Of a DNA stretch of 64,000 nt, positions 38,372 through 63,759 are shown one piece after another. The stretch spans positions 124,001 through 188,000 of the forward strand of contig JABVCE010000027.1 in the NCBI GenBank assembly GCA_014905635.1, read 5' to 3'. The stretch is from Scenedesmus sp. PABB004. Its lineage: Eukaryota. The first letter of the stretch is position 1. Every line of letters begins with the position of its first letter. The translations under genes were made by a program, and so were the position numbers. Below the pieces are notes generated by a model. It was given only the letters and a program-made list of their open reading frames with translations. It had not been told where the DNA came from and searched no databases.

Positions 38372-38498
38372 CTGCGCCCCGCGCCGCGCCCGCGCCCTGC
38401 GCCACTCGCCGCGGGCCGCAGAGGGCACCAACGAGATCATGCGGGTTGTCATCCACCGCGAGCTCGCGCGCCTCGACCACGCGGCGGCTGCGCGCTAG
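36349..38498 (+). CDS. ACAD8: Isobutyryl-CoA dehydrogenase-like acyl-CoA dehydrogenase, mitochondrial
   Basis: WDEEKIFPVDVLRQAAALGF, AYLSIHNM, YALTEPGAGSDA, GSKAFISGGG, ERKLGWRSQPT, LDGGRVNIG|ACS, RDLRVHSIL|EGTNEIMR; Gly-rich insertion 37249-37371. Confidence 0.92.
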
Positions 38499-38723
38499 GC
38501 CGCGCTCAGTAAGCCCCCGGTGTTGAGGTTCAACCAAAACCGCCGCCGTCCGTTCGCCGCGCCGCGCCTGCACCCCGGGCGCGGCTGATGCAGCGCGCAC
38601 ACAACGGGCTGCTGCGGCCGGCCGACCGCGCCGCCGTCGCCGCTGCCGCGGACGCCGCGGCTCCGCCGCCGGCGCGCGACCGACCGATCGGCAGCGCGGC
38701 CCGTGACGCGGCGGCCGGCGGCC

Positions 38724-40866
38724 ATGGCGCTGCCTCCGGCGCTGCTGCTGGTGGTGGCAACGGCGGCGCGCCCCGCAGCGGCGGCGTTGCCGACGTCCGC
38801 CGACGTTGCCGCGCTGCTCACGGCCGAGAACGCGTGGCGCTTCCGCGGCGAGCTGCTGGGCGTCGCTGCGGTGCTGCTCTACATTGCCTGGGCGATCACG
38901 GGGACCAAGAAAAACGGCGACCTGGCGCGCTCGTGGTACAGGTGCGCGGCGGGCGGCGACGGCGGGCGGCCGTCGCGCCTGCCCCACCCGCCCTCCCTGG
39001 CGCAGTGGGGCCGCGCGTCGGCCTGCCGGCCCCGCGTGATCGAGGCCAGAGCGCGTGCCAGCGCCCTGGCAGCGGATCAGCATCGCCGCACGCCACGCGC
39101 CGCGGCGGCCTGGGTCTGCAGCGTCCGCCGCTGCTGCTGCCGCCGCCCGCCGATCCCGCCTCCGCGCCGCCGCTGCCGGGGCAGGGTCCTGGGCGCGCCG
39201 GAGGGCGTGCTGGCCCGCAACTTTGCCGTGCACGGCGGCGTCGACACGGGCTCGGACGGCGGCGACAAGCTCTGGTGGAAAGAGAGCGCCACCGCGTTCC
39301 GCGCGTACGCGAGCGGCCGCCGCTACTGCACGGGCGCGCTGGTCGGCCTCAGCCTGCGGCCGCGCCAGGACGTGTTCTCGCTGATCTGGTGCGCGCGGGC
39401 AGGGCGGACGGGCGGCGCGCGCAGCGGCGGGCGCGTCGGCGGCGGCGGCCGCGGCGGCGTGCCATCGCGCGCCCGCCGCGCGCCCGCCGCCGCCGCCGCC
39501 GCCGCCGCCAGGTCGCTGGTGGCGCCGAGCGAGGACCGCCTGGAGCTGGAGGTGCTGCTGGGCGAGGCGAGCAGCCTGCCGGAGAGCGTGCTCGTGCTGG
39601 GGCAGCCAAAGGCGGTCAAGGCCCTGCTGCGCGACCAGCCGGAGCTCACCCAGTTCGCCAAGCCCATGCAGGTGCGGGCCCGGTGGTGGTGGTTTGGGGG
39701 GGGGGGACCTGTACACGCGCGGTGCCCGAGGGCTGGCCGCGCGCGCGCGCACGGCGCGCGCGCACGTGCGGGGGGCGGCGCGGCTCGACGCGCCGCTGCG
39801 CCCGCCCGCGCGCCCGCCGCCGCCAGGTGTCGCGCGAGCGCGTGCCCGGCTGGCCCGCCGGCCGCGTGGGCGTCGCGGCGGAGCACCCGGGCCTGCTGTA
39901 TGACCTGATGACCGCGGAGCCCGGCCTGGCAAAGGCCCTGGGCAGCAAGTGCGCGCGCGGCGCTGCCCAGGGCGCGTGCCGCCGGCGCCGAGCGCCCGCC
40001 GGGCCCCGCGTCGCGCCGCCGCCGCCGAGCCGCCGCCGCCGATGCAGGTGGCTGCGCAGCGTCGTCGTCAGCAGCGAGGTGCCGCCGGGCGCGAAGCCGG
40101 CGTGCCCGCGGCTGAGCTTTGCGTTTGCGCTGCCGCCGCTGGCGCAGGCCGACGAGCTCACCGCGCTGCTGGTGCGCCGCCGCCGCCGTGGCAGTCGCGA
40201 CCACGGCTGCCGCGCCCGCGCCGCCGCGGCTGCCGTGACTGCCGCGACTGCCGCGCCCGCCGCGAGTGCCGCGCCCGCCGCGCCCCCGCCCGCCGCCGCG
40301 GCGCAGTCGTGGTCGTTCGTGCTGCTGGACCTCCTGGGCGGCTACAAGGCCTCGCCGGAGATGCGCAAGCGCGCGCAGGAGCTGCGCGTGCGGCTGCAGG
40401 AGGAGGAGGCGAAGAAGGCGCGGCGGCCCGCGCGGCGCGCGGCGTGGCGCGACGCCGCAGCGGCAGCGGCAGCGGCTGCGGCGCACCGCGGCGCGGCGAC
40501 GGCAGCGGCAGAGGTGGCCGGGCTGCTGGCCGCGCGCGGCGCCGAGCGCTCACTTGCTCCGCCGCCGGCGCGACTGTCGGCGCGCAGGGCAGCCAGGACC
40601 GGCAGGAGGCGCTGCAGCTGAAGCGCATGGAGCGGCTCGAGGCGGAGCGGGTGCGCCGGCGGGGGCGGCGGCGGCCGCGGCAGCCAACGGCGCCCGCCCG
40701 CGTCGCTGACGCACACGCGCGCGCCGCGCGGCGCGGCGCCGCGCCGCGCCCGCGCCTGCAGGCCAAGGCGCGCGCCGCGGGCCCCGCGGCGCTGGCCAAG
40801 TACGAGGAGAAGCTGCAGGCGCGCATGCGGCAGCGCGAGATGCGCAAGCGCACGCTGCGCGGGTGA
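38724..40866 (+). CDS. CCDC47: CCDC47/DUF1682 (PAT complex subunit)-like ER membrane protein
   Basis: Signal/TM N-terminus, ITGTKKNGDLARSW, LWWKESATAFRAYASGRRYC, LSLRPRQDVFS, basic coiled-coil C-terminus (AKYEEKLQARMRQREMRK). Confidence 0.85.
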
Positions 40867-40928
40867 CCGCCGGCGGCGTGGCTCGGCGCGGCGCGGGGGG
40901 GGGGGGGGTCGGTGCGCGGTTCGCGATT

Positions 40929-40933
40929 TGTAA
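40929..40933 (+). terminator. TGTAA polyadenylation signal for CCDC47
   Basis: About 60 nt after the stop. Confidence 0.7.
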
Positions 40934-40981
40934 CGGCGGCGGGGAGGGGAGTCGGCGCCCTGCGAGCCTTTGGTCACACGC

Positions 40982-40986
40982 TTACA
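40982..40986 (-). terminator. TGTAA polyadenylation signal for ClpD
   Basis: TTACA on the plus strand; first such site I found after the ClpD stop, about 770 nt downstream. Confidence 0.6.
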
Positions 40987-41757
40987 CGCTGCGGCCGGCG
41001 CCCCCGTGCGCCCGCGTCAGCCCCCGTGCGCAAAAGCCCCCGCCGCAGATACCCTCGCGCGACCCCCCGGCAGCGCCCGCATGCAGGGACATGCAGAGGC
41101 GCGCCGCGGGCGCCCGCGTGCGCGCGCTGGCTGCTGCGCGCCACCCGTCTTGCAGGGCTGCCACACGACACCACACCGCACACCGCACCACACCGCCGTC
41201 GTCATGCTAGGAGGGAGCGAGGGGCCACGGCGGCGCCCACGTGCAATGCAGTGCGTCGTCGGTACACGGCTGGGGAGGGGTGTTGTACATTTCGGGCGCG
41301 GCGCCCGGCGCTGTGCGCCGGCGTGCCGCGCCCGGCCGTCCGCAGCGAGAGCCCGCCAGCCAGTCACGCCCCACGACGACGACGACAACGCCACGGGCGG
41401 CCAACACACACACACACATGGTGTGCGCACCGAGAAGCAGCAGCAAACAGCAGCGAACAACACACGCCGCGCGGCGCGCGCTGGGCGCGGCGCGGGCCGG
41501 CGGCCGCGGCGGCGGGGCGCAGGCTGCTGCGCCCCGCCACGGCGCGGCGCCGGCCGCGGCCCGCCGGCGCGCAGCCGTGACCGCCGCGCGCGGCGTGGGG
41601 CAGAGTACAGACGCGCGGCAACCGCCGCCGCACAAAGGGAGAGATTGGAGTCGCTAGCGTAGTAATGCACATCGGCGGGGCCGCCGCCGCCGCCGCCGCG
41701 GCACGCGGCGCGCAGCCCACGCACCCCCACAACCCCCCCAAACACCCGCCGCGCGGC

Positions 41758-48066
<6,309 letters not shown>

Positions 48067-48283
48067 GGCGATCGCCTGGGCGCCCTCAGGCGGCGCCGCT
48101 GCTGCTGCAGGCCGGGACGGGGGCGCGACGGCAGAGCTTGCCGACAGTCACGCGACGAGGGCGGCTCCCGGGCCGCTGGCGGCGTGGGTCGAACTGGATC
48201 GTCACGGGAGCGTCACGGAGCTGTGGCGGCGGCGAAGCCGCGACCAGGGTTTTCCGAAGCCGCCTGACGCGTGCGGCAGCGGC

Positions 48284-49069
48284 TCAAAGCGCGGCGCCGC
48301 CGCCGCTCAGCTCAAAGTCCGCCACCAGCGAGATGTGGTCCGACGGCACCGTCGCGCTGGGCAGCCCGCCGCCGCGCCCGCGGCCAGGCAGCGGCGGCGG
48401 CAGCAGCACGGCGCGCGGGCGCAGCGCCGCGCCGCCCGCGCGCGGCGTGAACCAGATGAAGTCGACCGTCCCGCAGAACGAGTCGTGCGCGCTCGTGTAG
48501 GCCGGCTCCCGGCCCAGCAGCTCGGCGTACGTCGAGCGCAGCGCGAGGCCGTGCCGCGCGACGCCGTCGCCGAGCGCGGCCGGCAGCGGCGCGTCGGGGT
48601 GCAGTCCCACCCAGCACGGCGCCGGCGGCGGTGCCGGCCGCGGCGCCGGCGGCGCTGCCAGCACCGGGCCCAGCCACGCCGGCGGCTCGCTGGCCGGCGC
48701 CTCGCCTGCGCTGCTGCCAGCGTCGCCACGCTGCTTCTTTGCCGGCGACCCGCCCGCGCTCTCCCCCAGCTCCATAGCCTCGCCGCCGCCGCCCTCGCTC
48801 GCCGGCGCCCGCTGCTGCTGCTGCTGCTGCTGCGCCTGCTGCTGCTGCTGCTGCTCCGCCTGCTGCTGCGCGAGGAAGTGCTGCAAGTGCGTGCCCTGCG
48901 CGCCGCCTGTGGCAGTGATGAGCTCCTCCGGCGCCCAGCCCGCCTGCCGCAGCCGCCGCAGCGTCAGCGCCGCCGGCGCCGACGCGCTGCGCTGGTGGTG
49001 GCGCTGATGCTGCTGCTCCTGCCGCCACTGCTGCTCCTGCTGCTCCTGCTGCTGCTCCTGCTGCTCCTG

Positions 49070-49100
<31 letters not shown>

Positions 49101-50766
49101 GCCGCGCCGCCGCCGTGCCAGCCGCCGCCGAACGCGCCAAACCTGCTCGCCAGGCGGTTCACCGTCAGCTCCCCCGGCGCACCTGCGGGGCCGGCGCAGC
49201 AGGGACGGGCGCGGGCGCTCGCGGGCGCCCGCCGCCGAGCGCCGCGCGCCGCGCCTCGGCCCCGCCCGGCGCGGGCGCGGCGCCGCGCCGGCGCCGTGCT
49301 CGCGGCGGCGCCCGCGCCCGCGCCGCGCACCGGCCATGTCCTTGCGGTGGCCGGCGAGGCAGTCGACCCAGCCGTGTCGCATGAAGTGATATAGGGGCGT
49401 GCCGGGCGCGTGGTTCATGTCGCCCATCACCAAGCACGGCACGTGCTCCGCCGCGCCGCCCGCGGCGCGCGACGCGAGGCCCCGCAGCTCCGCGATGAGC
49501 AGGCGCAGCTGCGCGAGCTTGACGTCGCCGCGCTTGGGGTTGAACAGCACGTGCGTGTTGGCGACCGCGACCGCCGCGGCGGACGGCTGCGCCTGCCCCG
49601 GCAGCCGCTCCCCCTCCTCCAGCTGCTGCTGCTGTTCCTGCCCCGCCTTGTGCTTTCTCCTCTTCTTCTTCTTGGGTTTGAGGTTGCCCAGCTGCAGCGC
49701 GGCCTGCGCTCCCTGCTGCTGCGCTCCCTGCTGCTGCGCCTGCTGCGCTCCCTGCTGCTGCACCTGCTGCTCCTGCGCTCGCTGCGCCTGCTGCGCCGCT
49801 TGCTGCGCCTGCTGCGCCGCTCGCTGCTGCGCCGCCGGCTGCTGCCGTGGCCTGACCGTGAGCAGCGTGAGCAGGCCCACGTTGTCGCGCAGGCCGTATT
49901 CAGCAAAGGACAGGCGGCTGACCGCGGACGCCTCAAACACCGACGAGCGCCTGCACGCGCAGCGCACGGCGGCGTCGGCGCGCGAGCACGCGGCGGCGCC
50001 GGCGCGGCGGCGCCGGCGCGGCGGCAGCGGCGGCGGCGGCGGCGGGGCCCGCACCAGAAGGTGGCGCAGCCGTCGCTGCGGCCGCCGGAGCGCTGCGCAT
50101 GAACGCCCTCAAACCTGGCGGCGGGCGGCGGGCGGGCGCGGCGGTGACTGGGCGCCGCGCCCGCGGCGGGGCCAGGCTGCCAGCCTGGCTGGCGGCCGCG
50201 GCGAGCAGACGGCGCGCACCCGAGCGTGCGCATGTCCGCCTCCACCTCGGGCCAGCGGTCCACCTCCTGCAGGCAGACGAGGTCGGGCGCGTGGTGGCGC
50301 AGCTCGGCGCGCATCATTGCCCAGCGCCGCGCCCACGACAGCGCCGCGTCGGGCGCCGCGCGGTAGAGCTCCGCGCGGTGCGTGTGCGCCAGCGTGTCCG
50401 CGAGGATGTTGTAGCTCATCACCCGGAAGCGCGCGGCACCGCTGGCGGGCGGCGGCGCGCTCGCGCCCTGCTGCGCGGCGGCGGCGGCGGCGGCGCGCGC
50501 ACGTGGGCGGCCGCGGCGCAGGCCGCCGCGGGCGGCGGCGGCGCGCGCGAGCGCGGCCGCACGTCCGCCGCGGCGTCGTGCCACCACTCCCGGCTCTTGT
50601 GCGCCGGCTCCGGGCGCCGCCTGCGGCCGCCGGCGCCGCGCTGCCCGCCGCCGGCGCTGCGCTGGCCGGCGGCGCCCGGCTGCTGCGGGCCGGCGTCGTG
50701 CAGGAAGCGGCAGGCGTCGCCTAGTCGACAGTGGCCCGCCGCCCAGAATCGGCAGAGCGCCGACAT
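48284..50766 (-). CDS. Angel/CCR4-like EEP-family phosphatase/deadenylase with N-terminal CCCH zinc finger
   Basis: CRFWAAGHCRLGDACRFLH; RVMSYNILAD, DLVCLQEVD, DGCATF, VANTHVLFNPKRGDVKLAQL, MGDMN, TVDFIWF, PSDHISLVADF. Confidence 0.9.
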
Positions 50767-51062
50767 GGAGCCAGCCCGCGCGCTGCTGCCGCTGCTGGCG
50801 CCGCCGCGCCCGGCGGTCCGGACGAGTGCCAGCAGGGTCGGCTGAGGCGCGAGGTTGGGGCGGCCCGAGCAGCGGCGGCGGTTCGCGGCAGCGTCAGGGG
50901 GCGGTGTGGGCTGGCGGCGCAGCGCTGCACCCTCGCCCGCCGTCACGGCACGGCGGCGCCGTGCCAAGCACCTTGCCCCGCAGCTACCCTGCGCACAGGC
51001 CCGCCCACCCTCACGTCTGTGCGCTGTAGCTCCCGCGCCGCCAGGCGGGGCCCGCCGCGCGC

Positions 51063-53696
51063 ATGCTGCTGCCGCTGCGCCCGGCGCCAGGCGCCGCGCG
51101 GCCGCCGGCGCGGGCCTGCCGCCGGCCCCGCGCCGCCGCCGGGCGCCGCCGCCGCCGCCACAGCAGCGCCGCGGTCGCCGGCGCGGGCGGCAGTGCTGCT
51201 GCCGCGCCAGCACCTGCTGTGCCGCCGCGCGTGGTCGACGTGGTCGTTGTCGGCGCCGGCATCGGCGGGCTGTCCTGCGCCGCGCTGTGCGCGCACTACG
51301 GGCTGTCGGTCGCCGTGGCCGAGGCGCACACGTCGCCCGGCGGCGCGGCGCACTGCTGGCACCGGCGCGGCTGCGCGCTCGACTCTGGCACGGCGCTTTT
51401 CTTCGGGCTCCCCGGCCGCGCGGGCGCCGGCGGCGCAGGCGCCGCCGCCGCCGCCGCCGCCGGGGCCAGGCCGCGGCGGCGGCGATCGCCGGCGGCGGCG
51501 GCAGCCCCAGTGGCAGCGGCGGCGGCGGCGGCAGCGACAACCCGCTGTCCGCGGTGCTGGAGCTGCTGGGGGAGCGGCTTGACCTGATTGATTATGGCCC
51601 AGACGCCACCTGCCTCGTCTTTGGCCAGGGGCGGCGCTTCCGCGCCCAGATCGGGTCGCCCCTCTTCCCCGCCGTCGTGCGCGAGCTGTGGGGCCCCGCG
51701 GCCGAGCGCGAGTGGGCCGAGCTGCAGCGCCTCTGCCGGCGAGCCGCGCGCCGCGCCCCGCGCCGCGCCGCGCCGCGCCGCGCGGCGCGCCCGCCCGACG
51801 CGGCCCGCCGCGCCGCGCCGCGCCGCGCCGCCGGGCAGGGCGCTCGCGTCGGCGGCGGTCGCGCTGCACCCGCTGGTCGTCCGCCACGACGGCTGGCTGC
51901 CGGCGACCGCCGCGCTGCGCCGCCCGGGGCGCTTCCTGCGCTTCCTCTCGGGCCGCCCGCCGCAGCTGGCCGAGGGCGTGACCTTCGCGGCGCTCGTGGA
52001 CGGCGTGGTGGCCACGCCTGGGCTGCGCGACTTCGTCGACGTCCTCTGCCGAGGTGCGGCGGCGGTGGTGGTGCTCGGCGGGCGCGCGCGGCGCCGCCGG
52101 GCGGCGGGCCCCCGGCCTCTCAGCCCCGCGCCCTCCCCACGCAGGCACGAGCGGCGCGCCCGCGGCGGAGATCTCGGCGGCGTACATGGTTCGCGCGTTC
52201 GCCGGTGCGCCGCGCCGCGCGCGCACGCGCCGCCTGTGGCCGACGCGGCACGCGCCCGCGCGCCCCGCGCTGTGCACCGCGCCGCGCCGTGCTGGCGGGC
52301 CGCAGAGATGTACGACGCCTCCACGCAGCTGCAGTGGCCGCGCGGCGGGCCGCAGGCCCTCGCCGACGCGCTCGTCCGCGGGCTGCGGCGCCACGGCGGC
52401 ACGCTGCTGCTCGGCGCGCACGTCGAGCGCGTGCTGACTGACGGCCGCGGCGCCGCGGCGGGCGTGGCGCTGCGCGGCGGCGCCACCATCGAGGCGCGGC
52501 TCGCGGTGGTGTCCAACGCCTCGCTCTGGGGCACGGCGCGCCTCCTGCCGCCCGGCGCGTCGCCCCCAGAGTTCCAGCAGCTGGTGGGCGCGCTGCCGCC
52601 CGCGCGCGCCCGCCGCCGCGCCGGCCGCCCGGCCCGCGCCCCGCCCCGCGCGCGCGCGCCGCCTCGACGGCCCCCGCCGCGCCGTGCCGCGCCGCCGCAG
52701 CTGGCCGGCTCGGCGCCGAGCGACAGCTTCGTCCACCTCCACGCCGTCGTGGCGCCGCCGCCGGGCGCGACGCCGGACCTGCCGGTGCACAGCTACTATT
52801 TGGACCCCGGGCTCGTCGGCGACGCCGGCTGGCCGACGCTCACGATCGCGACCGCCGTCGACGCCTCGCTCGCGCCGCGGGGGCAGCAGGTCCGGCCCCG
52901 CGCCCGGGCGGCACCGCGCGTGCCGCGGCCGCGCCCCCGCCGCCGCCCGAGGCACAGCCCGCCGCGGCACGCGTCGCCACTGGACCCGCCACTGGATCCC
53001 CCCCCCCCACACACACACACACACACGCAGGTGCTGCATGCATACGCCGCTGAGCCGCTCGCGCCCTGGGCGGCGCTCGAGCGCGGCAGCGACGGCTACG
53101 CGCGGCTGAAGGCGGAGCGCGCGGAGGCGCTGTGGGGCCTCGTCGGCCAGGTCGGCGTGCGCGATGGCCGCGCCGCGCTGCGTGCTGCGCCGTGCCCCTG
53201 CGCACACGGGTGGCGCCGCCGCGGCCGGGCCGGGCCCGCGGCCGCGAGCGCGCCGCCGCCCGTTCTCGGTTGCCGCAGGTGTGGCCCGACGCGCGCGGGC
53301 ACCTGCTGTGGCAGACGGTCGGCACGCCGCTCACGCACCAGCGGTTCAGGCGCCGCGCCGAGTACGGCCTGCGCGGCGGCAGCGGCGGCGGCGGCGGCGC
53401 GCCGCGCGCCGTGCTCGCGGCGCCGCGGCTGTTCTGCGTCGGCGACCAGGTGCGGCGCGGCGCGCTGCCCCGGGGCGCTCCCCCGCGGCCCAGCGAGCGG
53501 GCGCTCGCTGGGCGCCCGTCCCCGCCGCCGCTCGCCGGCCGCCCGACCCTCCCTCCCCCGCGGTGCTCCTCCGCCGGCGGCGCAGACGTTTCCCTTCGTC
53601 GGCACGCCCGCGGTCGCGGCGAGCGGCGCGTGGGTGGCCAACACGCTCGCGCCGCCCTGGCGCCACTGGCAAGCGCTGGACGCGGTGGACCCGTGA
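51063..53696 (+). CDS. FAD-dependent oxidoreductase, carotenoid isomerase (CrtISO/CrtH)-like; apparent 1-nt deletion near 51463
   Basis: DVVVVGAGIGGLSCAA, EAHTSPGGAAH, DSGTALF, WPRGGPQALADALVRGL, VVSNASLWGT, SFVHLH, GTPLTHQRF, LFCVGDQ|TFPFVGTPAVAASG. Confidence 0.85.
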
Positions 53697-53950
53697 CGGG
53701 CGCAGAGAGCCGGGGGCGGCGCCGGGGCGGCGCAGCGCGCGCTGAGCCCCGGCGCCGCAGCCGGCGGCCGTCGGCCGTGTGCCGGCCCGTGGCGCCAGTG
53801 CCGCCCATCACTGTCTGGGGCAAGCCAGTGCACGCGCGAGCTCGCCGCCGCCCGACTGCGCCCGGCGTCGCCGCCGCCCGCCCCCGCCCCCGTCGCCCGG
53901 CGCACCGCGCTCACCGCCGCCCATCCCTGGGTGCTCCCAGTCCCGAGGCC

Positions 53951-61057
<7,107 letters not shown>

Positions 61058-61809
61058 GCCGCCGCGGCGCGCCGCCGCGCGACCGCCGCCGCTGCGCGGC
61101 CCCGCGCTGAGCGCGCGGGGGGCCTAGCTGCGCCGCGGGGCTGCCATGCGCGTGCCGCGCACTCTCTGACGCCGGGTCGCCCGGGCGCGGCGCGCGGTGC
61201 TGCGCCGCAGGGGCGCGCCGGCGGCACCGGCGCCGGCGCTGATGTTCTGCTCCCCTGGCGCGGGCCGGCGCCGCGGCGTTGCGGCCACGCCGGCGACGGC
61301 TTGCGCGGCACGAGGCGGCCTCTCGGCGGCTGGCTGGCGGCCTGGGCGGCCTGCGCGCGCAAAAACTGCTGTCGCCGGCTCGGGTGGAAGCGGGGTGCCA
61401 GCGCGCGTGGGGTCACCTCTGACCGCGCCCGAGCGTCCGCGGCGGCGGTTGGGCGCGCCCCGCGGCGGGAGGCGGAGGGGCGCGACCTTTGACACCCGGC
61501 GCGCGCGCTGCGGCCGCCCGCCGCACGCTAGATCGGCCGAACACCCGCCGTCCTCACTGCCACGCCGCGACCGATCGCTACGACCCGCGCCGCCGCCGCC
61601 AGGATTCGCGCCCAGCCGCTGCTGGCAGCGCTGCCCCGGCCGCCGCGCCCAGCTCCCGGCGCCCTCCCAGCCGCGGCGCCCGGCGCAGGCGGTCCGCCCG
61701 GCCGCCCTCCTCCTCCCTGGCATGCGCGCCGCCGCGGCGGCCGGCGGCGCGTGAGCGGCGGCGGGGCCGCGCGCGAGCAGCGGCGGCGGGGCCACGCGCA
61801 GCAGCCGCC

Positions 61810-62782
61810 ATGTTCCGGAACACCTTCCAGAGCGGCTTCCTCAGCGTCCTCTACTCCATCGGCAGCAACCCGCTGCAGATTTGGGACAAGGAGGGTGCGC
61901 GACGCGGCCGCCGCGCGACGCGGCCAGCGCACGCCGCTGCTCGCACCCCTCGCGGCGCGGCCGAGCCGCGCGCGGCCGCCGTGCCCACCGCGGCGCCGCC
62001 GCCGCCACGCCGCCGCCGCTGCGCTGCGCTGCACGGCGCGCAGTGCGGCAGGGCCACGTCAAGCGCGTGACCGACGAGACGCTGCAGAGCGAGGTGCTCG
62101 AGCTCGCGGGCGAGAGCGTCGCCGCGGTGTTTGTCACGTGCCCCGCCGACCCCGCAAAGACGCTCGGCATCAAGCTCCCCTTCCTGGTGCTGGTCGTGAA
62201 GAACCTCACAAAGTACTTTAGCTTCGAGGTCCAGGTCCTCGACGACAAGAACGTGCGGCGCCGCTTCCGCGCGAGCAACTACCAGGCGCGGCGGCGGCGG
62301 CGCACGGCGGCGGCGGGGCGCGGCGGCGCGGCGGGTCGCGGCGGGGCGCGGCGGGCCGCGGCGGGCCGCGGCGGGGCGCGGCGGCGGCGGCGCGGGCGTG
62401 CGAGCCGGCGTCGCGCGGCGCGCGCGCGCAGAGCTCCACGCGCGTGAAGCCCTTCATCTGCACCATGCCGCTGCGCCTCGACGAGGGCTGGAACACCGTG
62501 TCCCTCAACCTCGCCGACCTCGTGCGCCGCGTGTACGGTGGGCGCGCGGCGCGCGGCGGGCGGGCGGGCGGGCGGGCGGCGGCCCCGCGCCTCGGAGAGC
62601 CTGGCGGCGCCGCCCACGCCGGCCGCTCGCGGCGCGCCGCGCCGCGCGCAGGCACCAACTACGTGGAGGCGCTGCGGCTGCAGGTGCACGCCAACTGCCG
62701 CGTGCGCCGCATCTACTTTGCCGACCGCCAGTACGCGGAGGAGGAGCTGCCGCCCGAGTTCAAGCTCTACGTGCCCGCCTGA
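61810..62782 (+). CDS. CFAP20: CFAP20/BUG22 (DUF667), 3 introns
   Basis: [97 protein letters not shown]. Confidence 0.97.
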
Positions 62783-63055
62783 GGCCGTCGGGACGGGCCC
62801 TCGCTGCGACACGCGAGGGGCTTGCGCCTGTGCGCAGAAGGGCAAACCGCGCCGCTGGGTTCTGGCGTGGTTCCCCGCTCCCGCCACGGGCTTTGGCCGC
62901 CACACACGAGCGCGCGCGGCAGCCCCTCCCGCACACTTCCCGCACGCTGCCGTGCACGTCGACACTCCCGGGCGCCCCGCCAGGCCCGGCAGCCGCGCCG
63001 CTGGGCCGCGCCGCCAGCAACGGCAGCCCACGCTGCTGGAATTGCCCCTCTCGCC

Positions 63056-63214
63056 ATGGCTCGCTCCGCGGCCACAGCGCTGGTGCAGGCGCACTACTCG
63101 ACCCTGTGGAGCACCTGCTTCGGCCTGGTCGTGCTGCTCGCGTCGCCGCTGCTCGCGCTGCTGGCCGTGTCCCTGGGGGTGGGCAAGTCCCTTCACGATC
63201 TGCTGGCCCACTGA
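63056..63214 (+). CDS. Putative 52-aa single-pass membrane microprotein
   Basis: gccATGg context, codons almost all G/C-ending, hydrophobic core FGLVVLLASPLLALLAVSLGV; next TGTAA at 63660. No family recognised. Confidence 0.55.
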   Translation: MARSAATALVQAHYSTLWSTCFGLVVLLASPLLALLAVSLGVGKSLHDLLAH

Positions 63215-63659
63215 GCTGAGCGGCTCCGGGATGGCCGGCACGGCGGCCGGTGGGCGCCGCGGGCGTGCGCCGCTGTCGCGCGCAGCAGCGCGCAGCAGCG
63301 GCGGCGGGCGGCGCCGCGGCGCGACCCCCGCCGCGCCGCCGCGCCGCGGGTGGCGGTGGGTGTACTAACAGCGCAGCGCGGGGTTTGGCCAGCGGCGCAT
63401 GGCGGCCGCTTGATGGGCCCGCGCGCGCTGCTGAGCCTTGGCCAGCAGCGCGCGGGGCGACCGGCCGCGTGAGGCGCGCCGACGCCGCCCACCCTCCTGT
63501 GGGCCGCGGCGCGCTGATGTTTTTTGCCGATTTTTGGGGGCGGCGCACGGCGGTCTGAGCAGCGGCAGCAGCAGCGGCAGCGGAGCTCGCTCGCTGAGAA
63601 TGGGGGGCTGCAGCTCACACAGCTGCGCGCGGTGGTGGGGGACGGCGGCGGGCTGCCAG

Positions 63660-63664
63660 TGTAA
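63660..63664 (+). terminator. TGTAA polyadenylation signal for the microprotein and possibly CFAP20
   Basis: First canonical TGTAA I found after 62782. Confidence 0.55.
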
Positions 63665-63759
63665 ACTGGCTGCACCGGCATGGCGCGCACAACTCCAGCG
63701 CTCGCCCACAACTCCAGCAGCGCGCGGCCTCGCGCACGGGGCCCCGGCCGCGCGCGGCT

